A stretch of 64,000 nucleotides of DNA from the IMG/VR virus record IMGVR_UViG_3300025892_002699; one strand, 5' to 3'. Position numbers and translations under genes: made by a program. The stretch is from a virus. Positions 18,666-27,895 of the stretch are shown one piece after another. The notes below the pieces were generated by a model. That model searched no databases. It had not been told where the DNA came from and worked only from the letters and a program-made list of their open reading frames with translations. How positions within the stretch are numbered: the first letter of the stretch is position 1; every line of letters begins with the position of its first letter.

Positions 18666-19266
18666 CTTTTGCTCCTAATATCATAAATCTTTTGTATTTT
18701 TCTGTAACCAACTCGGAAGCAGATGAAACCTGCAATCCGCAATTTTTTTTAAATGATAATAAACTTTCATGACAGTTTACATGCTCTTTGTTATCAAAAT
18801 AATCATTGCTTTGTATTATAACCTGCGTTTGGTTAGGTAATTTTGCAATCCATTTATTGTATTCATCTTGCGTCATGTGTTCACAAGCAGTGTTTATTAT
18901 CACATTATGTTTGTGATAGTTTTTATAATCTAAAATGTTTTCTGTAATTGCTTGGAATTTACCAGACATTTCATAATCTTTGTTCATTGTGTTAGCAATA
19001 GATTCACATGCAGGGTCTTTGTCTATTGATGTTATTTTTACAATGTCTAATTCGCTGTTGAATAGCAATGTAGATAGCACTCCGTTCCAACCACCACACA
19101 CAACAATATTATATGGCAATCTTTGAAAATACTTCTGCAATGTTTCAATCAACCAAACTTTGCTGTTGATTTGTCCTTTCCAAAAACTTTCAAGAGTGCG
19201 ATACCTGTCATCAGATTGTCTAATAGCATCCATCCAATACAACACATCTTTAATATTAATTTTCAA
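18649..19266 (-). CDS. Class I SAM-dependent methyltransferase
   Basis: VVCGGWNGVL (motif I), SIDKDP (motif II), INTACEHM. Confidence 0.7.
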   Translation of the reverse strand: MKINIKDVLYWMDAIRQSDDRYRTLESFWKGQINSKVWLIETLQKYFQRLPYNIVVCGGWNGVLSTLLFNSELDIVKITSIDKDPACESIANTMNKDYEMSGKFQAITENILDYKNYHKHNVIINTACEHMTQDEYNKWIAKLPNQTQVIIQSNDYFDNKEHVNCHESLLSFKKNCGLQVSSASELVTEKYKRFMILGAKDGYSN

Positions 19267-20242
19267 ATTGAGCTCCTAGTTTATCAAAAGATCCACATTG
19301 TTTACCACATTCTTGTAATGGTGAGTGACCCCAAGTTTTTTCAATCTTATCAAAGTATCCATTATCAAATATTTCTTTTAAACTGTTTTTATTTAGGTTA
19401 GGAAATTCTCCAATTCTTGTCATGTAGTCTATTCTGCTTTCTTGCATAGGAGGAATCCATTCCATATCTAACCAACAACAAGGTGAAACATTGCCACAGG
19501 CACTCACGTACAACTGACTGTTTTTCACTGCTTTACACACAATGGTTGGCGTGGTTTCTTTTTGCGACTGTTCAATTAATGGAATCATGTCATTGCTTTT
19601 TTGTGTAGGTTCTAATTTATGCAAAGGTTTTCCTTGCTCATCTATAACTTGTAAACTATCATTTTTAAATCTAGAAGTGTGTTTTGTAGAAAACATTTTA
19701 AATCCTAGGTCTTTGCTCATTTGTTCTGCTTCTTCCACTTGATGTTCGTTGTGTTTGAACACCAACATGTGCCATTTAGCAAATCCTCCAGCGGCAATAA
19801 ATGCTTTTGCGTTCTCAATAATTTTATCAAAGTTTGTGGATATTCTATAAAGATGATTGGTGTCTGATAGTCCATCTAAACCAAAAGTAACTTTCACTCT
19901 TTCTTGTGCTAATTTTGTCCACCATTCAGGATCTCTAGCACTGCCATTTGTGTGCATCGCAAGTCTTATAGCGGGATTAGTTGCTCTAAGGTGTTGATAT
20001 ATTTCCAGTGTGTCTTTGCTTACAATAGGATCTCCTAAGTTACCACACATAAACATACTGTCTATTTGTTTTATAAAATCTTCAGGAAACCATTTTTTAA
20101 ATGTGTCCAATGTTATTTCATCCAGATGTATGAAAGGATTTAATGGACCTCCTTGTATTCTTCTAGGACACATAGGACATTTGGCTTGACATTTACTCGT
20201 AATTTCTAAATGAACATCTTTTATGTCTGTAAGTTTATACAT
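19256..20242 (-). CDS. Radical SAM enzyme with C-terminal SPASM/twitch-like domain
   Basis: EITSKCQAKCPMC; GNLGDP; HTNGS; VCKA..PCC..CGKQCG. Confidence 0.85.
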   Translation of the reverse strand: MYKLTDIKDVHLEITSKCQAKCPMCPRRIQGGPLNPFIHLDEITLDTFKKWFPEDFIKQIDSMFMCGNLGDPIVSKDTLEIYQHLRATNPAIRLAMHTNGSARDPEWWTKLAQERVKVTFGLDGLSDTNHLYRISTNFDKIIENAKAFIAAGGFAKWHMLVFKHNEHQVEEAEQMSKDLGFKMFSTKHTSRFKNDSLQVIDEQGKPLHKLEPTQKSNDMIPLIEQSQKETTPTIVCKAVKNSQLYVSACGNVSPCCWLDMEWIPPMQESRIDYMTRIGEFPNLNKNSLKEIFDNGYFDKIEKTWGHSPLQECGKQCGSFDKLGAQFEN

Positions 20243-21338
20243 TTGTTCTTTCCTTTTTAAATAATTTTGATTGCTTACGACTAATTTCCATTATAACTTC
20301 TTCATTTTCTATGGCTTCTAATTTGTCTAACTCCCTTGATTTAGGAATTTTACTATCAGCAGAACTGACGCAAGTTGGTGTGATACACTTGTTAGGATTT
20401 TTAAATAATTGAAATCCTCCATCAATTGTTCCCAACGGTTCATCATGACAACTGTATGCTCTTTTAATTTCACCACCCGGCTCTCTTACAATACAACTTT
20501 GATATCCTGCATTACAAGTCCAGCCTTTAAACTTATTGAAGCCAAATGCGTTGAACCTTTCTGCTTGATCTAGTTCATAGAAGTTTTCTTTGTGATCCAT
20601 AAGTTTTATTTGACCAATTGTTGAACCATCATTTTTCTTTAATGGAAATCCTGTTTTCATTAATTCTATTTGTTCATCACTGTAACCTGTCACAATTTCA
20701 CTTGCTGATTCATTGCTTTGTGGTTTTAGTGTAACATTTATTCCTCTATCGTTGAATCTTTTACATCTATCATATAGTTCATCAAACAAGTCTGGAACCA
20801 TTACTTGGTTAATTGTAACATAGACGCCTGCATTTTGCAACATCAAAAGTTTGTCTCCAAAAGTTTGTTCATCTGCAAACTCATGATGATAACTTGCTGT
20901 AATACTTCTACGCATGAGAGATTCTGTGGCTTTAAGCCAAGTGTTCCACCATTTTATTCCCGGTGAACAATTTGTTGTCATGTGAATACTTTGGTATTTG
21001 CTTCTATCATCTGAAGCATAATGTCCAATTAAAGGTAAAAATCTTTTGTATGCTGTTGGTTCTCCACCTGAAAAACTAAAATGGAAACTGTTAAACCCAT
21101 TACTTCTTGCTTGTGATTTTATTTCATCCATTGTCTTTTTGTAAACGTCTAATGGTCGATGGTCTAATTTTTTAGAATGGGCATAAGGCCAACAGTATGA
21201 GCAATCATAATTACAGAATCTACTCAATATCCAACTCACATTAAACACGTTCTTCCATATCATGGTGCGTTGTCCGAATTGAACAATGTTATCAAATGGT
21301 ATTTTAGTAGTAGGTACTGACACTGCAGGTCTCCTCAA
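20235..21338 (-). CDS. Radical SAM enzyme with C-terminal Cys-rich domain
   Basis: SRFCNYDCSYC; FSGGEPT; TTNCS; GWTCNAG..YSC..CITPTC. Confidence 0.85.
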   Translation of the reverse strand: MRRPAVSVPTTKIPFDNIVQFGQRTMIWKNVFNVSWILSRFCNYDCSYCWPYAHSKKLDHRPLDVYKKTMDEIKSQARSNGFNSFHFSFSGGEPTAYKRFLPLIGHYASDDRSKYQSIHMTTNCSPGIKWWNTWLKATESLMRRSITASYHHEFADEQTFGDKLLMLQNAGVYVTINQVMVPDLFDELYDRCKRFNDRGINVTLKPQSNESASEIVTGYSDEQIELMKTGFPLKKNDGSTIGQIKLMDHKENFYELDQAERFNAFGFNKFKGWTCNAGYQSCIVREPGGEIKRAYSCHDEPLGTIDGGFQLFKNPNKCITPTCVSSADSKIPKSRELDKLEAIENEEVIMEISRKQSKLFKKERTNV

Positions 21339-21993
21339 AATGTTTTTTTAACCAATCAAAATTATTGATATAATTCAATTTGTCTTTGTTTTCTATGCCA
21401 AATTTTTTACCAGACTTTGCTCCTTCAATTGCAAAATCACCATAAGGTCTATCTGCACCTTTACTACACCATACATCTAATCTTTGTTCTGTTTCTTTAT
21501 CCTCTTGTCTATCGATCACTTTCGAACTTAATTTTACACACTCCCTAAAAGCACTTTTCCAAGCACTGAAAGGATCTGAATTAAATGCTGTGATGTTTGA
21601 TACTTGTTTTATTGCTTTAAAATTTTTAGAAATGCTTGTGGTCATGTCTGTTGTATCTGTGTCTAGTGCTAATGTTAAGTTCTTTGGCAATAGTTTTACT
21701 CCACCATATCCATACTGTAAATCATTGATCGGATTACGACTCTGCCACACATGAACTGTTTCTAAATTGTATTGATCTACATCATAATCAAAATTAAAAT
21801 CATTTACAATTTGTGCGTCAGCATCAACTACCCAAAACATTTTTGTAACAGATGTTTTTGCGGCTTCAATGTGTGCTTGATGAATACCTTTTACTCCTTG
21901 TACACGTTGAGCAATAGGGAATCGTTCACACAAAGTTTTATAATTATGATCTGCTAATGCTTCGTTGTAACTTATAAACACAATATCGTACAT
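21304..21993 (-). CDS. GT-A fold glycosyltransferase-like protein
   Basis: DIVFISYNE, GVKGIHQAH, WVVDAD (DxD), YGGVKL, AWKSAFRE. Confidence 0.6.
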   Translation of the reverse strand: MYDIVFISYNEALADHNYKTLCERFPIAQRVQGVKGIHQAHIEAAKTSVTKMFWVVDADAQIVNDFNFDYDVDQYNLETVHVWQSRNPINDLQYGYGGVKLLPKNLTLALDTDTTDMTTSISKNFKAIKQVSNITAFNSDPFSAWKSAFRECVKLSSKVIDRQEDKETEQRLDVWCSKGADRPYGDFAIEGAKSGKKFGIENKDKLNYINNFDWLKKHFEETCSVSTYY

Positions 21994-22901
21994 TATAATG
22001 TTTTCCTCATTATTCTTGGAGTATTAAGATAAACCTTTTTAAAAAATTTGCTTTGTTCCACAGTTAATGGTTCAATAGGCAGTTCAATGTCATGTTCGTT
22101 AATAATCTTTTTGCCTAAGTCAATACTGTCTTTATAAAAATCAACTTTAATGTCATCATGAAGTTCAAACTTCCAATACTTTTCAAAATATCTATATTCA
22201 TTTGCCTGACTAAAGTCCCAATCTGTACACATTGTAAGATAACAACCTGTCCTAGCACCATGAATAGCATGAATGCCGTAAGTGTTATCCATGCCCACTG
22301 TCATCCAGACAAGTAATCGTTGATAATTTTGCCACCATAAGTCTTTTGGTGCTTGTCTAACATTTTTATCCAAACTCATTTTTACACCTTCTCTAAATCC
22401 TGCTCTCCAGGCTTGGTAAGCAGATCCATCTATGTAACTGGTTGAATAGTTATCGTTGAATTGATAGTAATTAGGAAAATGACAAAATTCTATTACATTT
22501 TTATTGTTACTTCCTTCTAATCCATCATGATTCTCATGTGTTTTCATATTTTTAACAAAGTCCTTGGTCCAACATTTTAAACTGCCATTGCCATATTTTA
22601 AACCATTTAGATCAATATTGCCGCACCAACTGAATTGATAGGTGTTGTCTACGCCTAACGATTTTAAATCTACTATTACATTAAGAAAGTCTTCATGCAC
22701 CTGCGTATCTGCATCCACTGTTATAAATCTTTCTGTGTCAGATATCTCTGCCGCTTTTTTATGTGCTGTGTCAAAGCCTTTTACGCCATGCACACGTTTT
22801 GCCCAAGGGATTTTTCTTTTTAAATCAGCAAAATTTTTTTCAGCATTGGGCTCATCCACACTTAAAAATACAAAATCCATTTCAGATATCTTTAAAATCA
22901 T
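21993..22901 (-). CDS. GT-A fold glycosyltransferase-like protein (paralogue)
   Basis: DFVFLSVDE, GVKGFDTAH, ITVDAD (DxD), YGNGSLK, AWRAGFRE. Confidence 0.6.
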   Translation of the reverse strand: MILKISEMDFVFLSVDEPNAEKNFADLKRKIPWAKRVHGVKGFDTAHKKAAEISDTERFITVDADTQVHEDFLNVIVDLKSLGVDNTYQFSWCGNIDLNGLKYGNGSLKCWTKDFVKNMKTHENHDGLEGSNNKNVIEFCHFPNYYQFNDNYSTSYIDGSAYQAWRAGFREGVKMSLDKNVRQAPKDLWWQNYQRLLVWMTVGMDNTYGIHAIHGARTGCYLTMCTDWDFSQANEYRYFEKYWKFELHDDIKVDFYKDSIDLGKKIINEHDIELPIEPLTVEQSKFFKKVYLNTPRIMRKTL

Positions 22902-23494
22902 TGCGTTACCTCATATGAATAATTGTAAATCTTACGACAAAACAATCTGGGCGTGGCAGTTGAATTATGATCAATCTGCATATTACCATTTGTGCATAGT
23001 TCTGACAAGTCGATATTGAATGAATAATCAAGCACACTGGTGTTATCTGCCGGTGTAGTAAAAAATTTAAACATATTATTTTTTTGTGTTACTGTTTTTT
23101 GAATCAAGTCTTTTAATTCATCATCGATACTGATATTCCATTTTTTATTTTTTAAGTCTAGCATAAATCTAATACATGAATCTTTATCATTTTTTACTAT
23201 CTCATACACTGTTTTGTTTATGTGATCGACTTTTTCTATTTCTGTTTGAGTTTTAGCATTGACAACATACTTAGATTCCACAATATACTCATTATTTTTA
23301 AATGTAACTTTGTAGTCTGCTAAATGCTTTGATCCTACATGTATTTGATCTGCTAATTCTTTTGTAATTTCTACACTGTGACCTTGTTTTTGAACACTGC
23401 AACCTAGCACCTCATCAGTTTCCGGATCAAAATGGAAATAAAAATTAACTTTAGGTCGTATTACATCAAATTCTAGTGGAGGTCTTATTTTCAT
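22898..23494 (-). CDS. Hypothetical protein
   Basis: 198-aa ORF with 4-nt overlaps inside the GT operon. Confidence 0.55.
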   Translation of the reverse strand: MKIRPPLEFDVIRPKVNFYFHFDPETDEVLGCSVQKQGHSVEITKELADQIHVGSKHLADYKVTFKNNEYIVESKYVVNAKTQTEIEKVDHINKTVYEIVKNDKDSCIRFMLDLKNKKWNISIDDELKDLIQKTVTQKNNMFKFFTTPADNTSVLDYSFNIDLSELCTNGNMQIDHNSTATPRLFCRKIYNYSYEVTQ

Positions 23495-24318
23495 TGTAGA
23501 TGCTCCAACACTTGGTCTGTTAAAAAATTATCTTCAACATAATGGAATAATCCAGATTGTTTTATATTACCTACAAATAACTCAGATTGCGAATTGAGAT
23601 TGTAATCAAGTTGTTCAGTCCATAAATTCATCTGGCTTTGATAGTTCTGTATTTTAGGTTTCATGTGCGTAAACGTTAAATTGTTATGTTTGCTGAAAAC
23701 CTTATGCTGGATTCCTAGTATCTTTATTGCTATGGCAGTGGCAACATCCATACTGCACCAGGATTGTGTTTTATTTTTTGTAAAACGTTTGCTGTACAAT
23801 TCATAATTTGTAACAATGTCTTTTAACAAGTTAAAAAATATTTCATTGTTCTTACATTTTTGAAAATAATGAAATCCACAATACACATTAGGTAATGAAT
23901 TTTCAACAAATACTTTTCTATAATAATCACTTGTTACCCAATCATTTCTATAAGTTTTAACTTTATCTGTATAATATAATTCATATTGACTCAATTGTTT
24001 CCACCAATGATCAATGTTTTGCAACAATAACATATCCACGTCTAACACAATAGATTGATCAAATGGACTTATGTGATATATTTTACACCTATTATTCACT
24101 TTCCAGTCATTGTCTACTGCTAGATCTTCTCCAGGTATATCTTTAATAAAGTTAAAATGTTTTTGATATTCTTTTGGAACATCAATGTCCGTGATTAAAC
24201 ATACCTGTTCATTAGGCATAAATTTTTTAATACTGAGACTACAAGCGACAGCCTGCTTTAGATAATCACAAGCATCGTTCTTCTGTACAAATAATATAAA
24301 GCCTCTATTCAATTTCAT
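23491..24318 (-). CDS. GT8-like glycosyltransferase
   Basis: DYLKQAVACSLSIK, SPFDQSIVLDVD (DxD), FTHMK, LFHY. Confidence 0.65.
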   Translation of the reverse strand: MKLNRGFILFVQKNDACDYLKQAVACSLSIKKFMPNEQVCLITDIDVPKEYQKHFNFIKDIPGEDLAVDNDWKVNNRCKIYHISPFDQSIVLDVDMLLLQNIDHWWKQLSQYELYYTDKVKTYRNDWVTSDYYRKVFVENSLPNVYCGFHYFQKCKNNEIFFNLLKDIVTNYELYSKRFTKNKTQSWCSMDVATAIAIKILGIQHKVFSKHNNLTFTHMKPKIQNYQSQMNLWTEQLDYNLNSQSELFVGNIKQSGLFHYVEDNFLTDQVLEHLQ

Positions 24319-25117
24319 CTATAATTTTATTCAATCCTATTTTATTCATTATGTGTATATTCATATCTTTTATTTGACACTTGATGCCTCGTTCAAATGT
24401 AAAATTCCATTTGTTGTCCACATAGGAATCTACACTATCTTTATCTGTCACATAAAACAGTTTACTAGGCAACTGTTTGGGCCAATTAGTTTTAGCAAAA
24501 TCATTAATTGTGTGAATTGCTATGGCAAACGCAAAGTCATTTCTATAAATTGTGTTCCCAATTTGATATTTGAATCTGTAAAATTCCCATTCATTTTTTA
24601 TATGATTAATTAATTCAAATAAAATTTTAGTTCTTTCAGTTTTTTTAAAATAAAACACTGTGGCCCAACACATTTCAATACCAGTATCACTGACATATTT
24701 CATTTCTTCAGTGTATCTAGATTCAAAATCTATGTGTTGTGCTTTGTAGTTGATTAGGAAATCTTCTTTACTGTGGAATACTTTGTTAAGATTGCTATTT
24801 GCCACAATGTAATCTGTATCCATTACAATTGTTTCATCATATGGAGATAAAGAATAAGCATCAGGTCTTGAAGTGTTGTTCCAAAAATCTTTGTAACGTG
24901 CTGTTGCATTATTAAAAGTTTTTGTTTGATTAGTTGATGGCTTGTCTACCACAATAACATGATTAAAATTGTTATGATCTTCGTTAAATTTGTCTGATGT
25001 GATTAAACACACTGGCAAATCAAGATGCTTTTTTATCTGTCCTGCACAAAAGTTTGCCTGTTTAACATAGTCCACAGTGCTATTGTTATGTGCAAAAAGT
25101 AAAACTCCTTTTGACAT
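24305..25117 (-). CDS. GT8-like glycosyltransferase (paralogue)
   Basis: DYVKQA, SPYDETIVMDTD (DxD), RNDFAFAIA, HIMNK. Confidence 0.65.
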   Translation of the reverse strand: MSKGVLLFAHNNSTVDYVKQANFCAGQIKKHLDLPVCLITSDKFNEDHNNFNHVIVVDKPSTNQTKTFNNATARYKDFWNNTSRPDAYSLSPYDETIVMDTDYIVANSNLNKVFHSKEDFLINYKAQHIDFESRYTEEMKYVSDTGIEMCWATVFYFKKTERTKILFELINHIKNEWEFYRFKYQIGNTIYRNDFAFAIAIHTINDFAKTNWPKQLPSKLFYVTDKDSVDSYVDNKWNFTFERGIKCQIKDMNIHIMNKIGLNKIIDEIE

Positions 25118-25119
25118 GA

Positions 25120-25455
25120 TTAGATCTCACCTTTATCTTTCACTATTTGATTATATTCTACAAAATATTGATTAAGATTGCGTTGATACAAGTCAGTAAT
25201 ATCGCTGTGAAAGGATTTAATGTCTGTAATTTTCACAGGAAGTTTATAATCATCAAGGAAGATTGCTTCATTAGTTTTCTTAATGTTCATTAGTGTTAAC
25301 GAATAATTGATAAGGTTTAAATCAACAGTGAATTGGTGTCCTTGAGTGTATAAGATATTGTTCTCAAGACATTTTTCTTTTAACAATTTTATTTGATTGT
25401 TAAATGTTTTTAGACGCTGTGCGTATTCCAAAGATTTTGATAAGGATTCATCCAT
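25120..25455 (-). CDS. Hypothetical protein, first gene of the GT/radical SAM operon
   Basis: 111-aa ORF downstream of a sigma70-like promoter. Confidence 0.55.
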   Translation of the reverse strand: MDESLSKSLEYAQRLKTFNNQIKLLKEKCLENNILYTQGHQFTVDLNLINYSLTLMNIKKTNEAIFLDDYKLPVKITDIKSFHSDITDLYQRNLNQYFVEYNQIVKDKGEI

Positions 25456-25467
25456 AATATTAAGAAT

Positions 25468-25496
25468 ATTATACTTGATTTTTGGATATAAGTCAA
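25468..25496 (-). promoter_or_regulatory. Sigma70-type promoter TTGACT-N17-TATAAT
   Basis: Minus strand -35 at 25496-25491 and -10 at 25473-25468; 17-bp spacer. Confidence 0.7.
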
Positions 25497-25504
25497 ATTA
25501 TAGA

Positions 25505-26371
25505 TTAGAAATTATCGCCAGAACCACGTACAACACCTGGTGCAGTACCAATTACATCTGTGATTGCTGTTGCTGTGTAGAAATAGGATCTTAGGTTACC
25601 AATATTTTCGTCTGGATTACCACCTGATTGGTCTCTCCAATACACTGAGAATCTGATTTGGGTTGAGCTGGTTGATTGTACATTCACATAATAATCGTTG
25701 GCAGAGTATGCTCCACCTCCTGCATCAAAGTTTGATAATAGTCTTTGTGAGGCTCCTGTTAGTTCGAAGTTTCCTAATGCGGTTGTTGGAGTTCCATTTC
25801 CTGTGTGTGTTGTTCCATGAGCACTGAATTTTAAATTTCCGCCCATTACTGAATTCCAAGAACTTCCTTTTGAACTGCCGTCTGTTGTGCTGGATGAAAT
25901 TTGAATGTATCCACCTGCATTAAAATAATGTCTTCTAGCATCTGCTGATGCAAAATTTACGTTCACAATAAGAGTAATATTTCCATTCCAAGAACCTCTA
26001 GTATTGTTTCTAGCAAGTACAACTGATTGCTGTGTTGCATCAACTGTTAATCTATTTGTGCTGACTGTTGTTGCCAATGCTTCATATTGATCCCAACCTG
26101 TGTAACTCACGCCATCATTTTCTTTGATCAAGTCTCCTTGATTGACTGCTTGAATTAAACTTGATGCTGGGTTGCCACCTGTTTGGTGTTTGTATGCTTT
26201 TCTTAAATCTTCGTATGAATTGTTAATGTTCTGTGCGTTGATTAAATCACCAACTTGTACTGATTGTGTTGTAAGTGTTTGTCCATAGCCAGTATCACCT
26301 GAACCATTTCCTAACACATTATCAATTTGCTGTCTTAGAGTATTGAATCTATTTGCTGTTACTAAAGCCAT
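25505..26371 (-). CDS. Virion structural protein (tail-fibre/baseplate associated)
   Basis: G/S/T/N-rich, GYGQ motif, last gene of the structural operon. Confidence 0.6.
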   Translation of the reverse strand: MALVTANRFNTLRQQIDNVLGNGSGDTGYGQTLTTQSVQVGDLINAQNINNSYEDLRKAYKHQTGGNPASSLIQAVNQGDLIKENDGVSYTGWDQYEALATTVSTNRLTVDATQQSVVLARNNTRGSWNGNITLIVNVNFASADARRHYFNAGGYIQISSSTTDGSSKGSSWNSVMGGNLKFSAHGTTHTGNGTPTTALGNFELTGASQRLLSNFDAGGGAYSANDYYVNVQSTSSTQIRFSVYWRDQSGGNPDENIGNLRSYFYTATAITDVIGTAPGVVRGSGDNF

Positions 26372-26386
26372 TGTATTTTATTCCTA

Positions 26387-27865
26387 CTAATTATTTATTA
26401 AACGTAGTGCGACCTCAACTAATTTCATGGATTCATCTGGATTTGATTCTAAAGCAAAACCTACCAATTGTCCTTTTTTGGTAGCAGTTGCCATACCAAG
26501 ATCTTTCGCATATACTTTTTGACCTTTTTCAACTGGGCCTTCAACTTTAACTGGCACACGACCAACAAAAGCAATCGCTTGTCCTTCAGCATCTTTGTTC
26601 ATTAAAAATCCTGGACTGCCTGATATAACACCAAAAACATTTCCACCAAATGGACCACCATCAAAAAATGCTGTTGTTTCTGCGTCACCGCCAATTGCCA
26701 TAACCGTTCCCACATCGTATGTTTGGTCTGTTGTGTAGATCTCTGCCAAGTCAGCATAAGAAGCCTGTGTTGCTCTACCATTGAATACACTGGCAGTAAT
26801 TTCTCCTGAACCATCTCTCAATGCCACTGTGTTGTTCACAGCATTTGTAGAACCTAAATAAGTTTGTGCACCAAACTCAATACCAGAAGCACTGTCTGCC
26901 AAACCTTTGAAATAGTTTGCATGTACTTCATACCATTTGTCTGTCACTATACCTAAATTTTTATTACCAGTTCCTGGAATAATTCCATCTGTGTTAACAA
27001 AAGCAATTTCATTAACAGATCCAGAATCATTTACTTTTAAAGAAATCTTGTTGCCTATTTCATTGGCAATAGATCCTTCTGTGCCATTCTCGATTGAAAC
27101 TTTTAAATCATTTGAATCACCCACTGTAAATCCTACATCACCAAATCTAACAATGCTAGAGAAAGCACTTGCTCCTGATCTGATATAATCAGATGCTTCA
27201 AATCCGCCTAATCTATCTGAGTTGGATGCTGTACCCCAAAATCTGTGATCTGTGGATGTTACACCGTTTGTTGTAGATTGAGTATTGACTAATGTGATAC
27301 CTTTTTTCACAACATCAAATCCTGTGATTGTGTTGGTTGGATCTGTTGTACCTATCGTGAATGCTGATGAACTGAATAGCATTGTAGTGATATTGTTAAC
27401 TTTACCTTCTATGATAATTTGATTGGCATCTAGATTGTCTTTGATTTGTCTTGAAACAAATTGAGTAACTGTGCTACCTGTTCCTTGTGGACCTACAAGA
27501 ATGAAACTTGTTCCGTCCCAAGCATACAATTGACTGTTTGCTGAATCCCACCAAAAATCACCAGTGGTTAATCCTACTGGAGCAGTAGCACCAACTTCAG
27601 CACCACCTGTTGTTCTAAATTTTGTTCCATCATAAAATTTTAATTTGCTTGAAGATGAGTCAAACCATATTTGACCGCCCAATGGACGACTTGGTTGACT
27701 GCCACTTGCAAAATTTTCTAATAGATGTAAAAAGTTTTCGTTTTGGATTTCACCGTAACCAGCGTAATTTTTACCTATAAAACGTAAGTTAGTTGTGTTG
27801 TCAATAGTACCGTCTTCTACAGTTGCTATCAGTGTTCCATCAAATTTGTTAACAATATATGCCAT
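26387..27865 (-). CDS. Tail fibre-like protein with C-terminal chaperone/autoproteolysis-like domain
   Basis: Shared N-term module (ENFLHLLENFA..P..GQIWFD); C-term YADLAEIY...GTV...GRVPVKV.G. Confidence 0.65.
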   Translation of the reverse strand: MAYIVNKFDGTLIATVEDGTIDNTTNLRFIGKNYAGYGEIQNENFLHLLENFASGSQPSRPLGGQIWFDSSSSKLKFYDGTKFRTTGGAEVGATAPVGLTTGDFWWDSANSQLYAWDGTSFILVGPQGTGSTVTQFVSRQIKDNLDANQIIIEGKVNNITTMLFSSSAFTIGTTDPTNTITGFDVVKKGITLVNTQSTTNGVTSTDHRFWGTASNSDRLGGFEASDYIRSGASAFSSIVRFGDVGFTVGDSNDLKVSIENGTEGSIANEIGNKISLKVNDSGSVNEIAFVNTDGIIPGTGNKNLGIVTDKWYEVHANYFKGLADSASGIEFGAQTYLGSTNAVNNTVALRDGSGEITASVFNGRATQASYADLAEIYTTDQTYDVGTVMAIGGDAETTAFFDGGPFGGNVFGVISGSPGFLMNKDAEGQAIAFVGRVPVKVEGPVEKGQKVYAKDLGMATATKKGQLVGFALESNPDESMKLVEVALRLINN

Positions 27866-27895
27866 AATACCCTTTGTTTCTTATATTTATCGTTC

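Noticed and set aside
10716-21338. 7-deazaguanine DNA-modification cluster, or a classical RiPP cluster
   Set aside because: No dpdA/queD/folE and no QueE-type radical SAM recognised; no convincing leader-core precursor, RRE, peptidase or transporter in the window
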